Origin: Octopus bimaculoides
Taxonomy: Eukaryota
Assembly (NCBI RefSeq): GCF_001194135.2
Contig: NC_068986.1
Location: 73,406,279 to 73,456,256, forward strand
Direction: 5' to 3'
Length of the DNA: 49,978 bases
Shown one piece after another: positions 24,622 through 35,596 of this stretch; position 1 is the first letter of the stretch, and the number at the start of each line of letters is the position of its first letter. A program made the translations under genes and the position numbers. The notes beneath the pieces are model-generated. The model was given only the letters and a program-made list of their open reading frames with translations. It searched no databases and was not told where the DNA came from.

Positions 24622-24810
24622 CATCATCATCATCATCATCTGCTTTCCATGCTGGCATGGGTTGGACGGTTTGACTGAGGGCTGGCGAGCCAGAAGGCTG
24701 CACCAGGCTCCAATCTGATCAGGCAAAGTTTCTACAGCTGGATGCCCTTCCTTACGCCAACCAGAGTGTAGTGGGTGCTTTTACGTGCCACTGGCATGAG
24801 GGCCAGTCAG
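24622..24810 (-). mobile_element. RTE LINE 3' UTR fragment
   Basis: (CAT)n..ttccatgctggcatgggttggacgg..tttctacagctggatgcccttcc..gggtgcttttacgtgcca. Confidence 0.8.
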
Positions 24811-26194
24811 GTGATTGCAAATATTAATGCTCTATATGTTGCTTTTGTTTGACAGATTATTGAAGACTGTTGAGTTGATGTTTATAAAGACTGTAGTCAG
24901 CATCACCATCATTATTGTTTTAACATCTACTTTTCCATGCTTGCAGTATGTTCATGCATTACTATTGATGCATCACTTAACTACTTAAAAGGAAGGAACA
25001 CAATATCATGGCCCCCCTTGCTATTTGGAAACTGTCTGAAAAACAACACACAACAATGTGGGTTGCTTATTTCTCTTCTTTCTGTACACCCTACTCCGCT
25101 TCCTGTGATGTTCTGTAATAATTTAGGGTTGGATCAGGGGAGTTATCACGAAGGGTAACAAACTGAGTCAAATCTTTTAGAGTGTCTAGTTTGGTGTGTT
25201 AAATTTCTGTGGTCACATCCTGCTCAGCTTGTCTTAATGTGTTATATCTCTGGAATGTCCTACTAATTTTTACTTCTTTTAAAATGGTATTGAATTAATT
25301 ACGTGTTACTTTTAAGAATTGCATTACTATCTTACTCCAGTTAGGATAACATTGAATGTCATTAAGGTATCATAATGTCAAAAGGTGGGGGTCACCATGC
25401 CAGGTGACCAAGATTAAGACAACATGCCATGTCACTGAAATTGGGATGTATCATATTAGCTAGTTTAGAGAAATCTATTATACATGAATGTTGTATTTTA
25501 CATTATGTAAAGACTTTATAATTTATAAGAGCTGTTTTATTATAATTTACAATAAAGGCTATTTTAGTTATTATTTAACTCCAGGTCAACTCTGGTTACG
25601 CTTACATGATCAAGTTATGATCATATTTGGGGTGGGTGGTGTATTCTGCTGTATTCTGTCTCTGAATGCAGCAGTTGAATTCGCATCAGGTGGTGTAGTA
25701 GCTCTCTAGGTGTTTCTGATCTTTTCACCACACACCAGAACTTAGTAGTCTATAGAATGATGAGGAATCTACAGAACTTTTATATTGTTTTTTTTTTGTA
25801 TGAAAGAATTTAATATTTTCTTATAATGACAGTTCTATAAAAGTGGACTCAAACAATGAAAATATTTTGAACTTGTGACCATTAAGACAACTGTAATTCA
25901 ATTGTGTGTTACTGAGTTAAGGAAATATATGAAGTTCAAGGTCACACGATCATATTCTTTTTCTATGTTGAATAGCGTCTATAAACCAGCTATTACAAAT
26001 CATCATAGCTCTTGTATGAAGTTATTTAACCAACTCAATGTTGCAAACTAATCTTCCTGACACTCAGTTTATATTAGAGATCATTTGTTTTCATTTCTAA
26101 ATGAATTTCTAAATTCTTATGGTAGCATATTTTCAAGATGGGTTGTATACAATTAGAGATGTTAAATGAATTCTTTGCTCAACCAACTGATTAA

Positions 26195-26519
26195 CCCTTT
26201 AGCAGTCAGATTACTTTACCATGCACATCATTTTGAAGATGTGATTGCATATTACTAGAATGACATTATAGGGTATATAAACCAGGTGGAATATTTGGGC
26301 TGGATAGAACCAGTTTAATCCTTTAGCATTCAGATTATTCTGTCAAATACAAAGCTTAATTAATCATACATCATCTTGTAACTTCAAAATTTTGGTGATG
26401 TGATTGTATATTTTTACAATGACATTATAGGGTAGGTGTGAGAGGCCAGATCTTGACAGTTTGAACATAAAGCAGGTAGAATATTTGGGCTGGATATAGC
26501 TGGTTTAAATGCTAAAGGG
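26195..26519 (+). mobile_element. Two piggyBac-like TTAA elements, the second inserted at the internal TTAA of the first
   Basis: TTAA-CCCTTTAGCAG at 26191-; second copy 26319-26519 bounded by TTAA 26315-18 and 26520-23. Confidence 0.75.
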
Positions 26520-27096
26520 TTAAATGTGATTACTGTACTGAATTCTAACTAACTTGGTACATAACAACTTGAGAATAACCAATGTGAACTGTGTGAGGAA
26601 ATGTGAAGTTGAAGGCAGTCAAACCAAGGATTACTTAAATAAGATGATTTTCCAACTCACCATATTATGTGAGTTCCTAGGGCATTTGTATTCAGTATAT
26701 TGACCTCTCCCCTATTTTATTTCAGCTATATTGCTATTATTGTGCATGACAATTTGGGATAAACTCAAATTCATGGACCATTTAGCATTTCCTGTATAGG
26801 GAAATAGATATTGAGAGGCAAACTTTCTATTTTAAGCCTTGTACTTATACTAACGACCTCTTTTGCTGAACTGGTAAAGGGATGTAAACACACCAACATC
26901 AATTGTCAAGTGGTAGTGGTGGACACACACACACACAGAGTGGGCTTCTTTCAGTTTCCATCTACCAAATTTAATCAGTTATCATGATTATCATCTAACA
27001 TCCGTTTTCCATACTGGCATTAGTTGAACAAAGGGTGTGTGTGTGTGTATAAGCACACATGCTCTCTCTCCCTCTCTCTCTTACACACACATACAT

Positions 27097-27171
<75 letters not shown>

Positions 27172-27598
27172 NNNNNNNNNNNNNNNNNNNNNNNNNNNNN
27201 NNNNNNNNNNNNNNNNNNNNNNNNNNNNNNNNNNNNNNNNNNNNNNNNNNNNNNNNNNNNNNNNNNNNNNNNNNNNNNNNNNNNNNNNNNNNNNNNNNNN
27301 NNNNNNNNNNNNNNNNNNNNNNNNNNNNNNNNNNNNNNNNNNNNNNNNNNNNNNNNNNNNNNNNNNNNNNNNNNNNNNNNNNNNNNNNNNNNNNNNNNNN
27401 NNNNNNNNNNNNNNNNNNNNNNNNNNNNNNNNNNNNNNNNNNNNNNNNNNNNNNNNNNNNNNNNNNNNNNNNNNNNNNNNNNNNNNNNNNNNNNNNNNNN
27501 NNNNNNNNNNNNNNNNNNNNNNNNNNNNNNNNNNNNNNNNNNNNNNNNNNNNNNNNNNNNNNNNNNNNNNNNNNNNNNNNNNNNNNNNNNNNNNNNNN
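27172..27598. other. Assembly gap (others: 30119-30499, 31426-31592, 36664-36673, 37097-37303, 48176-48186)
   Basis: N runs, mostly flanked by (CA)n or (TA)n. Confidence 1.
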
Positions 27599-27640
<42 letters not shown>

Positions 27641-27938
27641 CGTGTGTGTGTGTGTAATCTAAGCCTGAAAGAAATGGGCTTCTGACTGAGACCTGTGAAA
27701 CTTTAAGTCACATGGAGCTGAATCAAATTGCTTTAAATAGTACATGTAACTCCTACAAAATGTGTTGAGTGCCTTTTACTTTTGCTTGTCCACTCACTCA
27801 TATATACACTCCTTATTCTTTTGTCTTGTATATGAGTACATATTCTATATGGTTTGTAGAATGATACATGAAGGAGCTTTTTTTATGAGTACTACTGGAT
27901 TACTTGAATCCATGTTTTGTTACTTAGATTTATATAGG

Positions 27939-28092
27939 ACAGGCATGGCTGTGTGGTAGGAAGCTTGCTTCCCAACCACATGGATCCAGGTTCAATCCTG
28001 CTGTGTGGCACCTTGGGCAAGTGTCTTCTACGATAGCCTTGGGCTGATCAAAGCCTTATGTGTGGATTTTGTAGGCAGAAACTAAAAGAAAC

Positions 28093-28123
<31 letters not shown>

Positions 28124-28580
28124 CAGATCCAAGGATCGAGGTGTAGAAAGAAAGTTAGCTTTAAGCAATCCGTAGTAAATATAAAAGACAAAACTTTCAG
28201 GGACAATAGTGGTTTATTGAGGTGGAAGGTTGTGGATATATTTCATGGTGGGTGACCAGGGTTGCCAGGTGTGTGAATAACCACTTCTAAGTTTCTACTT
28301 GCTATGAAACATATGTAGCCTGGATCTTATCTACACTAATCCTTAACTCTTGTATATATGTGTGTGTGTTTGTGTCTCTGTTTGTCTCCCCACCATCACA
28401 CTTGACAACTGATGTTGGTGTGTTTATGTCCCTGTAACTTAGTAGTTTGGCATTAGAGACTGATAAAATAAGTACTAGGCATGCAAAGAATAAGTCCTGG
28501 GGTCGATTTCTTCGACTAAAAAACCCTTTAAGGTGGTGCTCCAGCATGTCCACAGTCAAATGACTGAAACAAGTAAAAGA
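27939..28580 (+). mobile_element. SINE family A interrupted in its central microsatellite by a ~200-bp insert
   Basis: 5' half 27939-28095, (TA)n, insert 28125-28327, 3' half 28345-28580. Confidence 0.8.
28125..28327. mobile_element. Putative short MITE with AGATCCA(A)GG terminal inverted repeats
   Basis: AGATCCAAGG.../...CCTGGATCT flanked by TATC at 28121-24 and 28328-31. Confidence 0.5.
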
Positions 28581-28592
28581 ATATGGATGAAT

Positions 28593-28960
28593 AGCTCCAG
28601 CAAGAGATCATGTTGCTGCCCCATGCAACACTGCAAAGACCAACTGTAAAAGATAATGAAGAGTACCAACATTGACCCTAGATCCTTGGAGCAACATGCA
28701 GAAGACAGTACTGCATGGTTTCGCATCAAGATGGCCATAGAACATTATGAAAAATATTTTCTAAGAAATGAATAAGCTAAACAGCTAGGCTACAATGAAA
28801 CGCCTGCTGATTCCAACAAAGCCCACTACTGACCATCAAATGTGACTTTTGTGGACAGCTGTCCCATGCAAAAATCATTCTTCTCAGTCACCAGAGGCAC
28901 TGACTTAAATGGGGAAGCACAAACAAAGAAAGACATCCTTAAAAATGAGGACGAGCCAAT
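28593..28960 (+). pseudogene. Fossil 3' end of a BovB-like RTE LINE including the C-terminal Cys/His finger
   Basis: SKRSCCCPMQHCKDQL*KIMKSTNIDPRSLEQHAEDSTAWFRI... then, frameshifted, CDFCGQLSHAKIILLSHQRH*; family pattern GKR..GRP..RYKD.LK....NID...WE..A.DR..WR...C..C...C....GL.SH.R. Confidence 0.75.
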
Positions 28961-29188
28961 GATATACATATATGAGAGGTGTTAGTATGCTGAAGATCCA
29001 AGATGGCAGGTAAGACCCAAGATGGCATGTCAGTGCTATGGGAGGACCCTAGTTAGACTCACGGTTCGATAATAATATGAGTGAGGAGTGTAATGCAGGT
29101 CTTGTATGAGCATGTATATATTAAATGAAATGAGACAACGAAACGAAAGCTGTGTGGAATTTTTAGGACATTTATAAAGAGAAAGATA

Positions 29189-29236
29189 GTCTAACAGCTG
29201 TTTCTGGGATATTAAGGATACCCCTTCATCAAGGAC
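29189..29236 (-). ncRNA. Decayed hammerhead copy in the left arm
   Basis: Reverse complement GTCC-TTGATGA-AGGGGTAT..ATATCCC-A-GAAACAGCTGTTAGAC; C3 changed to U and the stem I base pair is broken. Confidence 0.6.
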
Positions 29237-29681
29237 GATATAAGAGAGTTAACTAGAAGGAAATAGTAGAGTTCAATATCAGGAGTTATTTTGGAAAAGG
29301 ATGGATATAGGAAGTATAAAGGGAAATAAAAGAATAAAAATAAAAGTAAAAATATATGTAGGATGTTACAGTTGCAGTTCCATTATCCGAGGAAAGTGCT
29401 GTGTAGAAATGCCTCTTGTCCATGGTATGTAGATTCCAATAAGAGTTCATTTTTTTTTTATTACTATCCACTTGTAATAACATACCATGAACATACCATG
29501 GGCAAGAAGCATTTCTACCCATTCCACACAGCACTTTCCTCGAATAATGGAACTGCAACTGTAACATCCAACATATATTTTTTTTTATTCTTTTATTTCC
29601 CTTTATACTACCTATATTCAACCTTTTCCAAAATAACTCCCTATATTGAACTCTACTATTTCCCTTTGGTTAACTCATATC

Positions 29682-29729
29682 GTCTCTGATGAAGGGATAC
29701 CCCTAATATCCTAGAAACAGCTGTAAGAC
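29682..29729 (+). ncRNA. Minimal type I hammerhead ribozyme
   Basis: GTCT-CTGATGA-A-GGGATA..TATCCT-A-GAAA-CAGCTG-TA-AGAC: stem I GTCT/AGAC, 6-bp stem II, palindromic stem III ACAGCTGT, GUA cleavage triplet (cut after 29725). Confidence 0.75.
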
Positions 29730-29827
29730 TATCTTTCTCTTTATAAATGTCCTAAAAAATCCACAGAGCCTTAGTTTTGTTGTCTCATTTCATTTAACAC
29801 ACACACACACACACACATACACACACA

Positions 29828-30060
29828 CACACATGAATATCTTTATCTTTTACTTGCTTCAGTCATTAGAGTGTGGACATACTAGGGCATCACCTTGAAG
29901 AATTTTTCAGTCGAATGTATCCACCCCATTACTTACTTTTCTAAAGCCTGATACTTATTATATCAGTCTCTTTTGCCAAACTACTAAATTATGGGAATGT
30001 AAACACCAACACTGATTGTCAAGTGGTGGTGGAGGGACAACACAGACATAAAGACACACA
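29828..30060 (-). mobile_element. SINE family A, 3' half
   Basis: ttttacttgcttcagtcattag..caccttgaag..gtaaacaccaacac..ttgtcaagtggtgg..ggacaacacagac. Confidence 0.8.
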
Positions 30061-30118
<58 letters not shown>

Positions 30119-30529
30119 NNNNNNNNNNNNNNNNNNNNNNNNNNNNNNNNNNNNNNNNNNNNNNNNNNNNNNNNNNNNNNNNNNNNNNNNNNNNNNNNNN
30201 NNNNNNNNNNNNNNNNNNNNNNNNNNNNNNNNNNNNNNNNNNNNNNNNNNNNNNNNNNNNNNNNNNNNNNNNNNNNNNNNNNNNNNNNNNNNNNNNNNNN
30301 NNNNNNNNNNNNNNNNNNNNNNNNNNNNNNNNNNNNNNNNNNNNNNNNNNNNNNNNNNNNNNNNNNNNNNNNNNNNNNNNNNNNNNNNNNNNNNNNNNNN
30401 NNNNNNNNNNNNNNNNNNNNNNNNNNNNNNNNNNNNNNNNNNNNNNNNNNNNNNNNNNNNNNNNNNNNNNNNNNNNNNNNNNNNNNNNNNNNNNNNNNNG
30501 TGTATACAAATTTAATTTGTGGTCCGTGG

Positions 30530-30608
30530 GAAGAGCCATTTTAACGATGCGTCCTGCCCTACTCTTCGAAACGCCTGTGTTAGAATGGGGGCAGCTGATG
30601 AAGGAAAA
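30530..30608 (+). ncRNA. Candidate non-circularly permuted hammerhead ribozyme
   Basis: GUC (30551-53), GAAA (30568-71) and CTGATGA (30595-601), with stem I (30554-60/30588-94) and stem III (30549-52/30571-74, extendable to 16 bp) in exact register; stem II weak. Confidence 0.55.
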
Positions 30609-31652
30609 CGTTCTCTATGTGGCCTGTGTGTGTTCTGTACTCTGGTTATTATTATTTTTTTGTCTACATTTTGTTTGCAATGTCCTGTACCCAGATATGC
30701 ACCTATATATACAGGTAGACGTAGGTATGCACATACCTGTACGTATATATGCATATACTCATTATTTGTTTTATATATATATAGATATATATATTTATGT
30801 GTATATATATATATGTATATTTATGTATATGTATGTATAGACAAATACACACATGTATTTCCAAATATTTCTAGATAGCTCAAGTAATTTTACTTAAGTA
30901 TCTGACTGCTTATAGCAAACACTCCTCATACATCATCCCACAACTTTGTGCCATCACTTACTGTGTGCTCTGTACCCTCAGGTTCAATATATAAGCCAAA
31001 TACTTTGATTCTAAGCCAGTTAGTTAAGTCATTGATTTTTATCTTGGTTGTTTTCTGTTGAAAGAAAACTAAACACTGGACAAAAGCTTGTTTAAAGAAT
31101 ACGATGGCTTTTTCGCTTTGTTCACTCTCTGTCTCTCTCTATTCCCTAACCTTTCTCTCCCTCTCACTTTTCTATCTTCATTTGTTTTCTCTTTTACTCT
31201 CACTCACTCAGTTTGTCTTTCTCTGAGTCTTTTTGTTCTCTTCTTTCTCTTAGTTTGTGTTTTAAAAACAACAGGTGTTTATGAAAAGGAATTCCTGTTG
31301 ATATTTCAGATATAATAGAAATGGTGTCTCTTCATTCACTACTAAATATACCTATAATATATAAAAATATATGATTATAATACATATTATGCATTATATA
31401 GAATAATATGTACTGTGTATAATAANNNNNNNNNNNNNNNNNNNNNNNNNNNNNNNNNNNNNNNNNNNNNNNNNNNNNNNNNNNNNNNNNNNNNNNNNNN
31501 NNNNNNNNNNNNNNNNNNNNNNNNNNNNNNNNNNNNNNNNNNNNNNNNNNNNNNNNNNNNNNNNNNNNNNNNNNNNNNNNNNNNNNNNNNNNTATATATA
31601 TATATATGTGTGTGTGTTATATAATAACATAATACTAATTCTATATGTATTA

Positions 31653-32039
31653 TTGTTGTTGGCACTCCATCGCTTACAATGTCGAGGGTTCCAGTTGATC
31701 TGATCACCGGAACAGCCTGCTCGTGAAATTAACGTGCAAGTGGCTGAGCACTCCACAGACACGAGTACCCTTAACATAGTTCTCAGGGATATTCAGGGTG
31801 ACACAGTGTGACAAGGGTGACCCTTTGAAATACAGGCACAACAGAAACAGGAAGTAAGAGTGCGAGAAAGTTGTGGTGAAAGAATACAACAGGGTTCGCC
31901 ACCATCCCCTGCCGGAGCCTCGTGGAGCTTTTTAAGTGTTTTCACTCAATAAACACTCACAACGCCCGGTCTGGGAATCGAAACTGTGATCCTATGACCG
32001 TGAGTCCGCTGCCCTAACCACTGGGCCATTGCGCCTCCA
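31653..32039 (-). mobile_element. Full-length SINE family C with TSD
   Basis: CTATATGTATTA at 31641-52 and 32040-51; tRNA-like head at the right end. Confidence 0.9.
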
Positions 32040-32099
32040 CTATATGTATTATATATGTAGTAATAAAATAATGCTAATATATATTATATATAATAATGA

Positions 32100-32315
32100 T
32101 CCTTCTTACTAAAGGCACAAGACCTGCAATTTTGGGGGAGGGGGCTAGTTGATTACATCGACCCCAGTGTTTCAGTGATACTTAATTTAATGACCCCAGA
32201 AGAATGAAGGGCAAAGTTGACCTTGGTCGAGTTTGAACTCAGAATGTAAAAGTGGACGAAATGCCACTAAGCATTTTGCCGGGTGTACTAACAATTCTGC
32301 CAACTCACCGCCTTG
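32100..32315 (-). mobile_element. SINE family B (a further partial copy at 32560-32705)
   Basis: ggcacaagacc..gattacatcgaccccagtg..aaagttgacctt..tttgaactcagaa..caactcaccgcc. Confidence 0.8.
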
Positions 32316-32699
32316 AATAATAATAATAGTAATATGTACATTTTATAATAATAACAATCTAGTACTTAATTATATAGTACATATTTGATAAGATCTATCA
32401 ATACAGCTATATAAGTGTACATTGTCAATACTTACTAATAATTATAATTATAGATTTCCATGTAGGGGAAGGGTATGGTTGGTTATAGGTAGGGGCCACA
32501 CATACACAAATAAACAAAATTCATTTCCAGATGGGAGCTGTAATGGGAAAGGGTACAGTCAATCTAAATGACCTGAGTACTTAACTGGTATTCTGTTTCA
32601 TTGATCCAGAAGAATGAAAGACAAAGCTGACCTCAGATTGAACTCAGAATGTAAAGGATCGAATCTAATTACAGGAAGGCATTTTATCAGATACTCTAA

Positions 32700-33020
32700 T
32701 GATTTTCTCTGATGATAATGATAGTGGTGATGATGATAATGATGACCAAATTCCACCATTGTTATCACTACCACCACCAACACTGTCACTACCACCACCA
32801 ACACTGTCACTACCACCACCAACACTATCACCATCATCATTAATGCTATCGCCATCATCAATGCTACTGTCACTACAACCACCACCACCACCACCACCAC
32901 CATTGCTGTCGCCGCCACCACCAATGACACCAACATCATCATTGCCACCATCACCACCTCAATAAAAACAGCTAACACCATCACCACCCCTACCGCTGCG
33001 ATCACAGCCTTCCACCAAAT
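32700..33020. repeat. Degenerate (CAC/CAT)n trinucleotide repeat
   Basis: Direct inspection; it produces the polyPro and polyVal ORFs. Confidence 0.85.
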
Positions 33021-33544
33021 CATAAAGAAAAAGTCAAGCAAGATAAATAACAGCACACAAAACAATTCTCAGGACTATACTTCTGCCATTGAAATAATAA
33101 TACTAATACTAATAATGCTTTAATTGTGAAGTGTTGAGATGAAAGTCACCCAAATACTATTAGTAATGATTTATTCCTTGAATACTACAGGGTTACAGTG
33201 GCAACATCAACAACAATAACAATAATAACAGTATTTAATTATTTAACAATATTAATTCTGACGAAGGACAGTAGACAATAGTAAATATATAATACTAACG
33301 ACACCAACACCAACACTGAGTTCAAATTCTTGCATTAATCAACTTAACCTTTCGTCCCCACCACTGAGCTCTGTGTATAAAATGTACGCTAAATCTAAAT
33401 AAACAATAAGTAGATTAAATGAAGACAATCAATCTCTTTTAGGAAAAAGAAAAAAAATCTCTATATTTGCCAGAAATTCTTCCTTGTATCAAAAGGTTAG
33501 TAGAGAAGATAGTTTAAATCTAATACACCTCACCTATTATGACT

Positions 33545-34085
33545 TGCATTCTACAGCTCACCTATCGATAAATACTACAGCTCACCTAGCAATATGTACT
33601 ATGAACCACTTACAGATAAGTACTATAGCTCTTCTATTGACATGCACTACAGATCACCTGCTATTAAGTACTACATCTCTCCTACTGATATCCACTACGG
33701 ATCAACTATTAATAAATACTATAGACCTTCTATTGGTATGCACTACGGATCAGCTACTAATAAATACTATAGCTCTTCTATTGACATGCACTACAGATCA
33801 ACTATTAATAAACACTATAGCTCTTCTGTTGATATGCACTATGGATCACCTACTAACAAGTACTATAGCTCATTTTTTGTTATGGCTCAACTAGCTCACC
33901 TATTAATACGACTCATTTACCAATACTACATGTCATTTAACACTGATACTACAGCTGAACTGCTACTGCTGCTACAGCTCAACTACAGCTCATCTATCAT
34001 CAGCACTTCATTTCAATTATCACCCATACTACAGCTCATCTACTACCAATACTCTAGCTTAATTACCATCATTACTACAGCTTAA
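33545..34085. repeat. 48-bp minisatellite (five units 33617-33856) built from 24-bp subunits, decaying into actacagctca motifs
   Basis: Unit starts at 33617, 33665, 33713, 33761, 33809 and 33857. Confidence 0.85.
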
Positions 34086-34124
34086 CTACTACCAATACAT
34101 AGATCAGCTATATATTTTAATATT

Positions 34125-34330
34125 GATTTCAAATTTTGGCACAAGGCCAGCAGTTTTGGGAGAAGAGGTAAGTCAATTATACTGAACACAGTACTCAACC
34201 AATACTTATTTTAGCGACCTCGAAATGGAGAAAAAGTTGACCTTAGTAGAATTTGAACTCAGAACATAAAGATAAATGAATCGTTGCTAAGCATTTTGCC
34301 CAGTGTGCTACCGATTCTGCCAGCCTGTTG
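34125..34330 (-). mobile_element. SINE family B
   Basis: gatttcaaattttggcacaaggcc..aaagttgacctt..tttgaactcagaa..gattctgccagc. Confidence 0.8.
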
Positions 34331-34367
34331 CCCTATGTATATATTTTAATATATATACATGTATAAA

Positions 34368-34710
34368 GAGTAAGGGTAAAGAACCCTTTTGGTCATGGAT
34401 GACCATGGAATTGCGCCTAGAAAATTCCCCTTAAAAGCACAAGTCTGGGCAAAGTTGTTTATGGAAGACCAGCAGTCACCCATGCATACCAGCCTCCCCT
34501 CTCCATGCCACCGATGTTATCCAAGGGAAAGGCAAAGGCCAATACAGCTTGGCACCAGTGATGTTGCAACTTGTTTCTACAGCTGAGTGAACTGGAGCAA
34601 CGTGAAATGAAGTGTCTTGCTCAAGAACGCAACACACAGACTGATCCAGGAATTGAACTCAGTACCTCATGATAGTGAGCCCGATGCTCTCACCACTGAG
34701 CCATGCACCA
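34368..34710 (-). mobile_element. tRNA-headed SINE family E
   Basis: Nearly colinear with 49520-49842; right end ggaattgaactc..ccactgagccatgc is a reverse-complement tRNA-like head. Confidence 0.8.
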
Positions 34711-34731
34711 TCACACACACACAAACACACA

Positions 34732-35065
34732 CATCATTATCATCGTCATCATCACCATCAATGTTTAACATCTGTTTTCGATTCATGCATGGGTAGGACG
34801 GTTGACAGGAGCCAGCCAGGTAGAAAACTACCCCAGGTGACTGTATCTGTTTTGGCAGGGTTTTTATGGCTGGATGCCCTTCATAATACCAACACTCTGC
34901 AGAGTGGACTCAGTGCTTTTTATGTAACACTAGCACAGGCGATGTTAGTTTTGACATGATTTTTACAGCTGGATGCCCTTCCAAATGCCAACCACTTTAC
35001 AGTGCATACTGCATGCTTTTTACATGGCACCAGCACTGGAAGGGTCACCAAGTAACTTGTAAGAC
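34732..35065 (-). mobile_element. RTE LINE 3' UTR-like fragments
   Basis: (CAT)n..catgggtaggacgg..ggctggatgccctt, twice. Confidence 0.7.
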
Positions 35066-35528
35066 AAGAAATTTTGAGAAGGGCAGTGGCATTTGAGGAG
35101 GGGAACTTGTGTCAGAGGATGAAAGATTATATAGAATTCATAAAGAATCAAGTTATATCAGCTTGTAGTATGCCATTGATTGGCTAGACAGAATTATGCA
35201 GAGCAAACACTAAAGTAATGTGTTATCAGTTTATAAAGAGTGATGAAGACCAGTCACTGTTAACTTGTAAATCACAATTCCAGTTCTTTACCAGGAATCA
35301 ATGAATGGTAGAATGCATGGTGTGATGTGAAGTAATAATAGAAAAAAAAAAGAGTTTTAAATTTGGTGACAATTGTTTTGCTGGGAATCTTTATCCAATG
35401 TAAGCATTATGGATTACATCCTACATTGTGTAATTTCACCGCCTCATCAGGCATTGTAAGGCTATTTGTCCAATGTTGCATCAATTCTAATGTGATATAG
35501 GTACAAGATTTTGCCAGTCTATAACTAC

Positions 35529-35565
<37 letters not shown>

Positions 35566-35596
35566 ATGATTTCTTTTTAATAATAATAATAATGAT

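Larger units (their letters stand above)
29121..29797. mobile_element. ~680-bp foldback (two ~310-bp inverted arms), probable inverted pseudo-LTRs of a Penelope-like element
   Basis: 29121-29430 is the reverse complement of 29491-29797 with scattered mismatches; each arm carries a hammerhead motif. Confidence 0.75.

Noticed and set aside
33255-33290. CTGACGAAGGAC, a hammerhead-like core
   Set aside because: No GAAA or closing stems nearby in any order
35421-35460. Minus-strand CTGATGA-GGCGGT-GAAA
   Set aside because: No stem II, and no UH site in register with stem III
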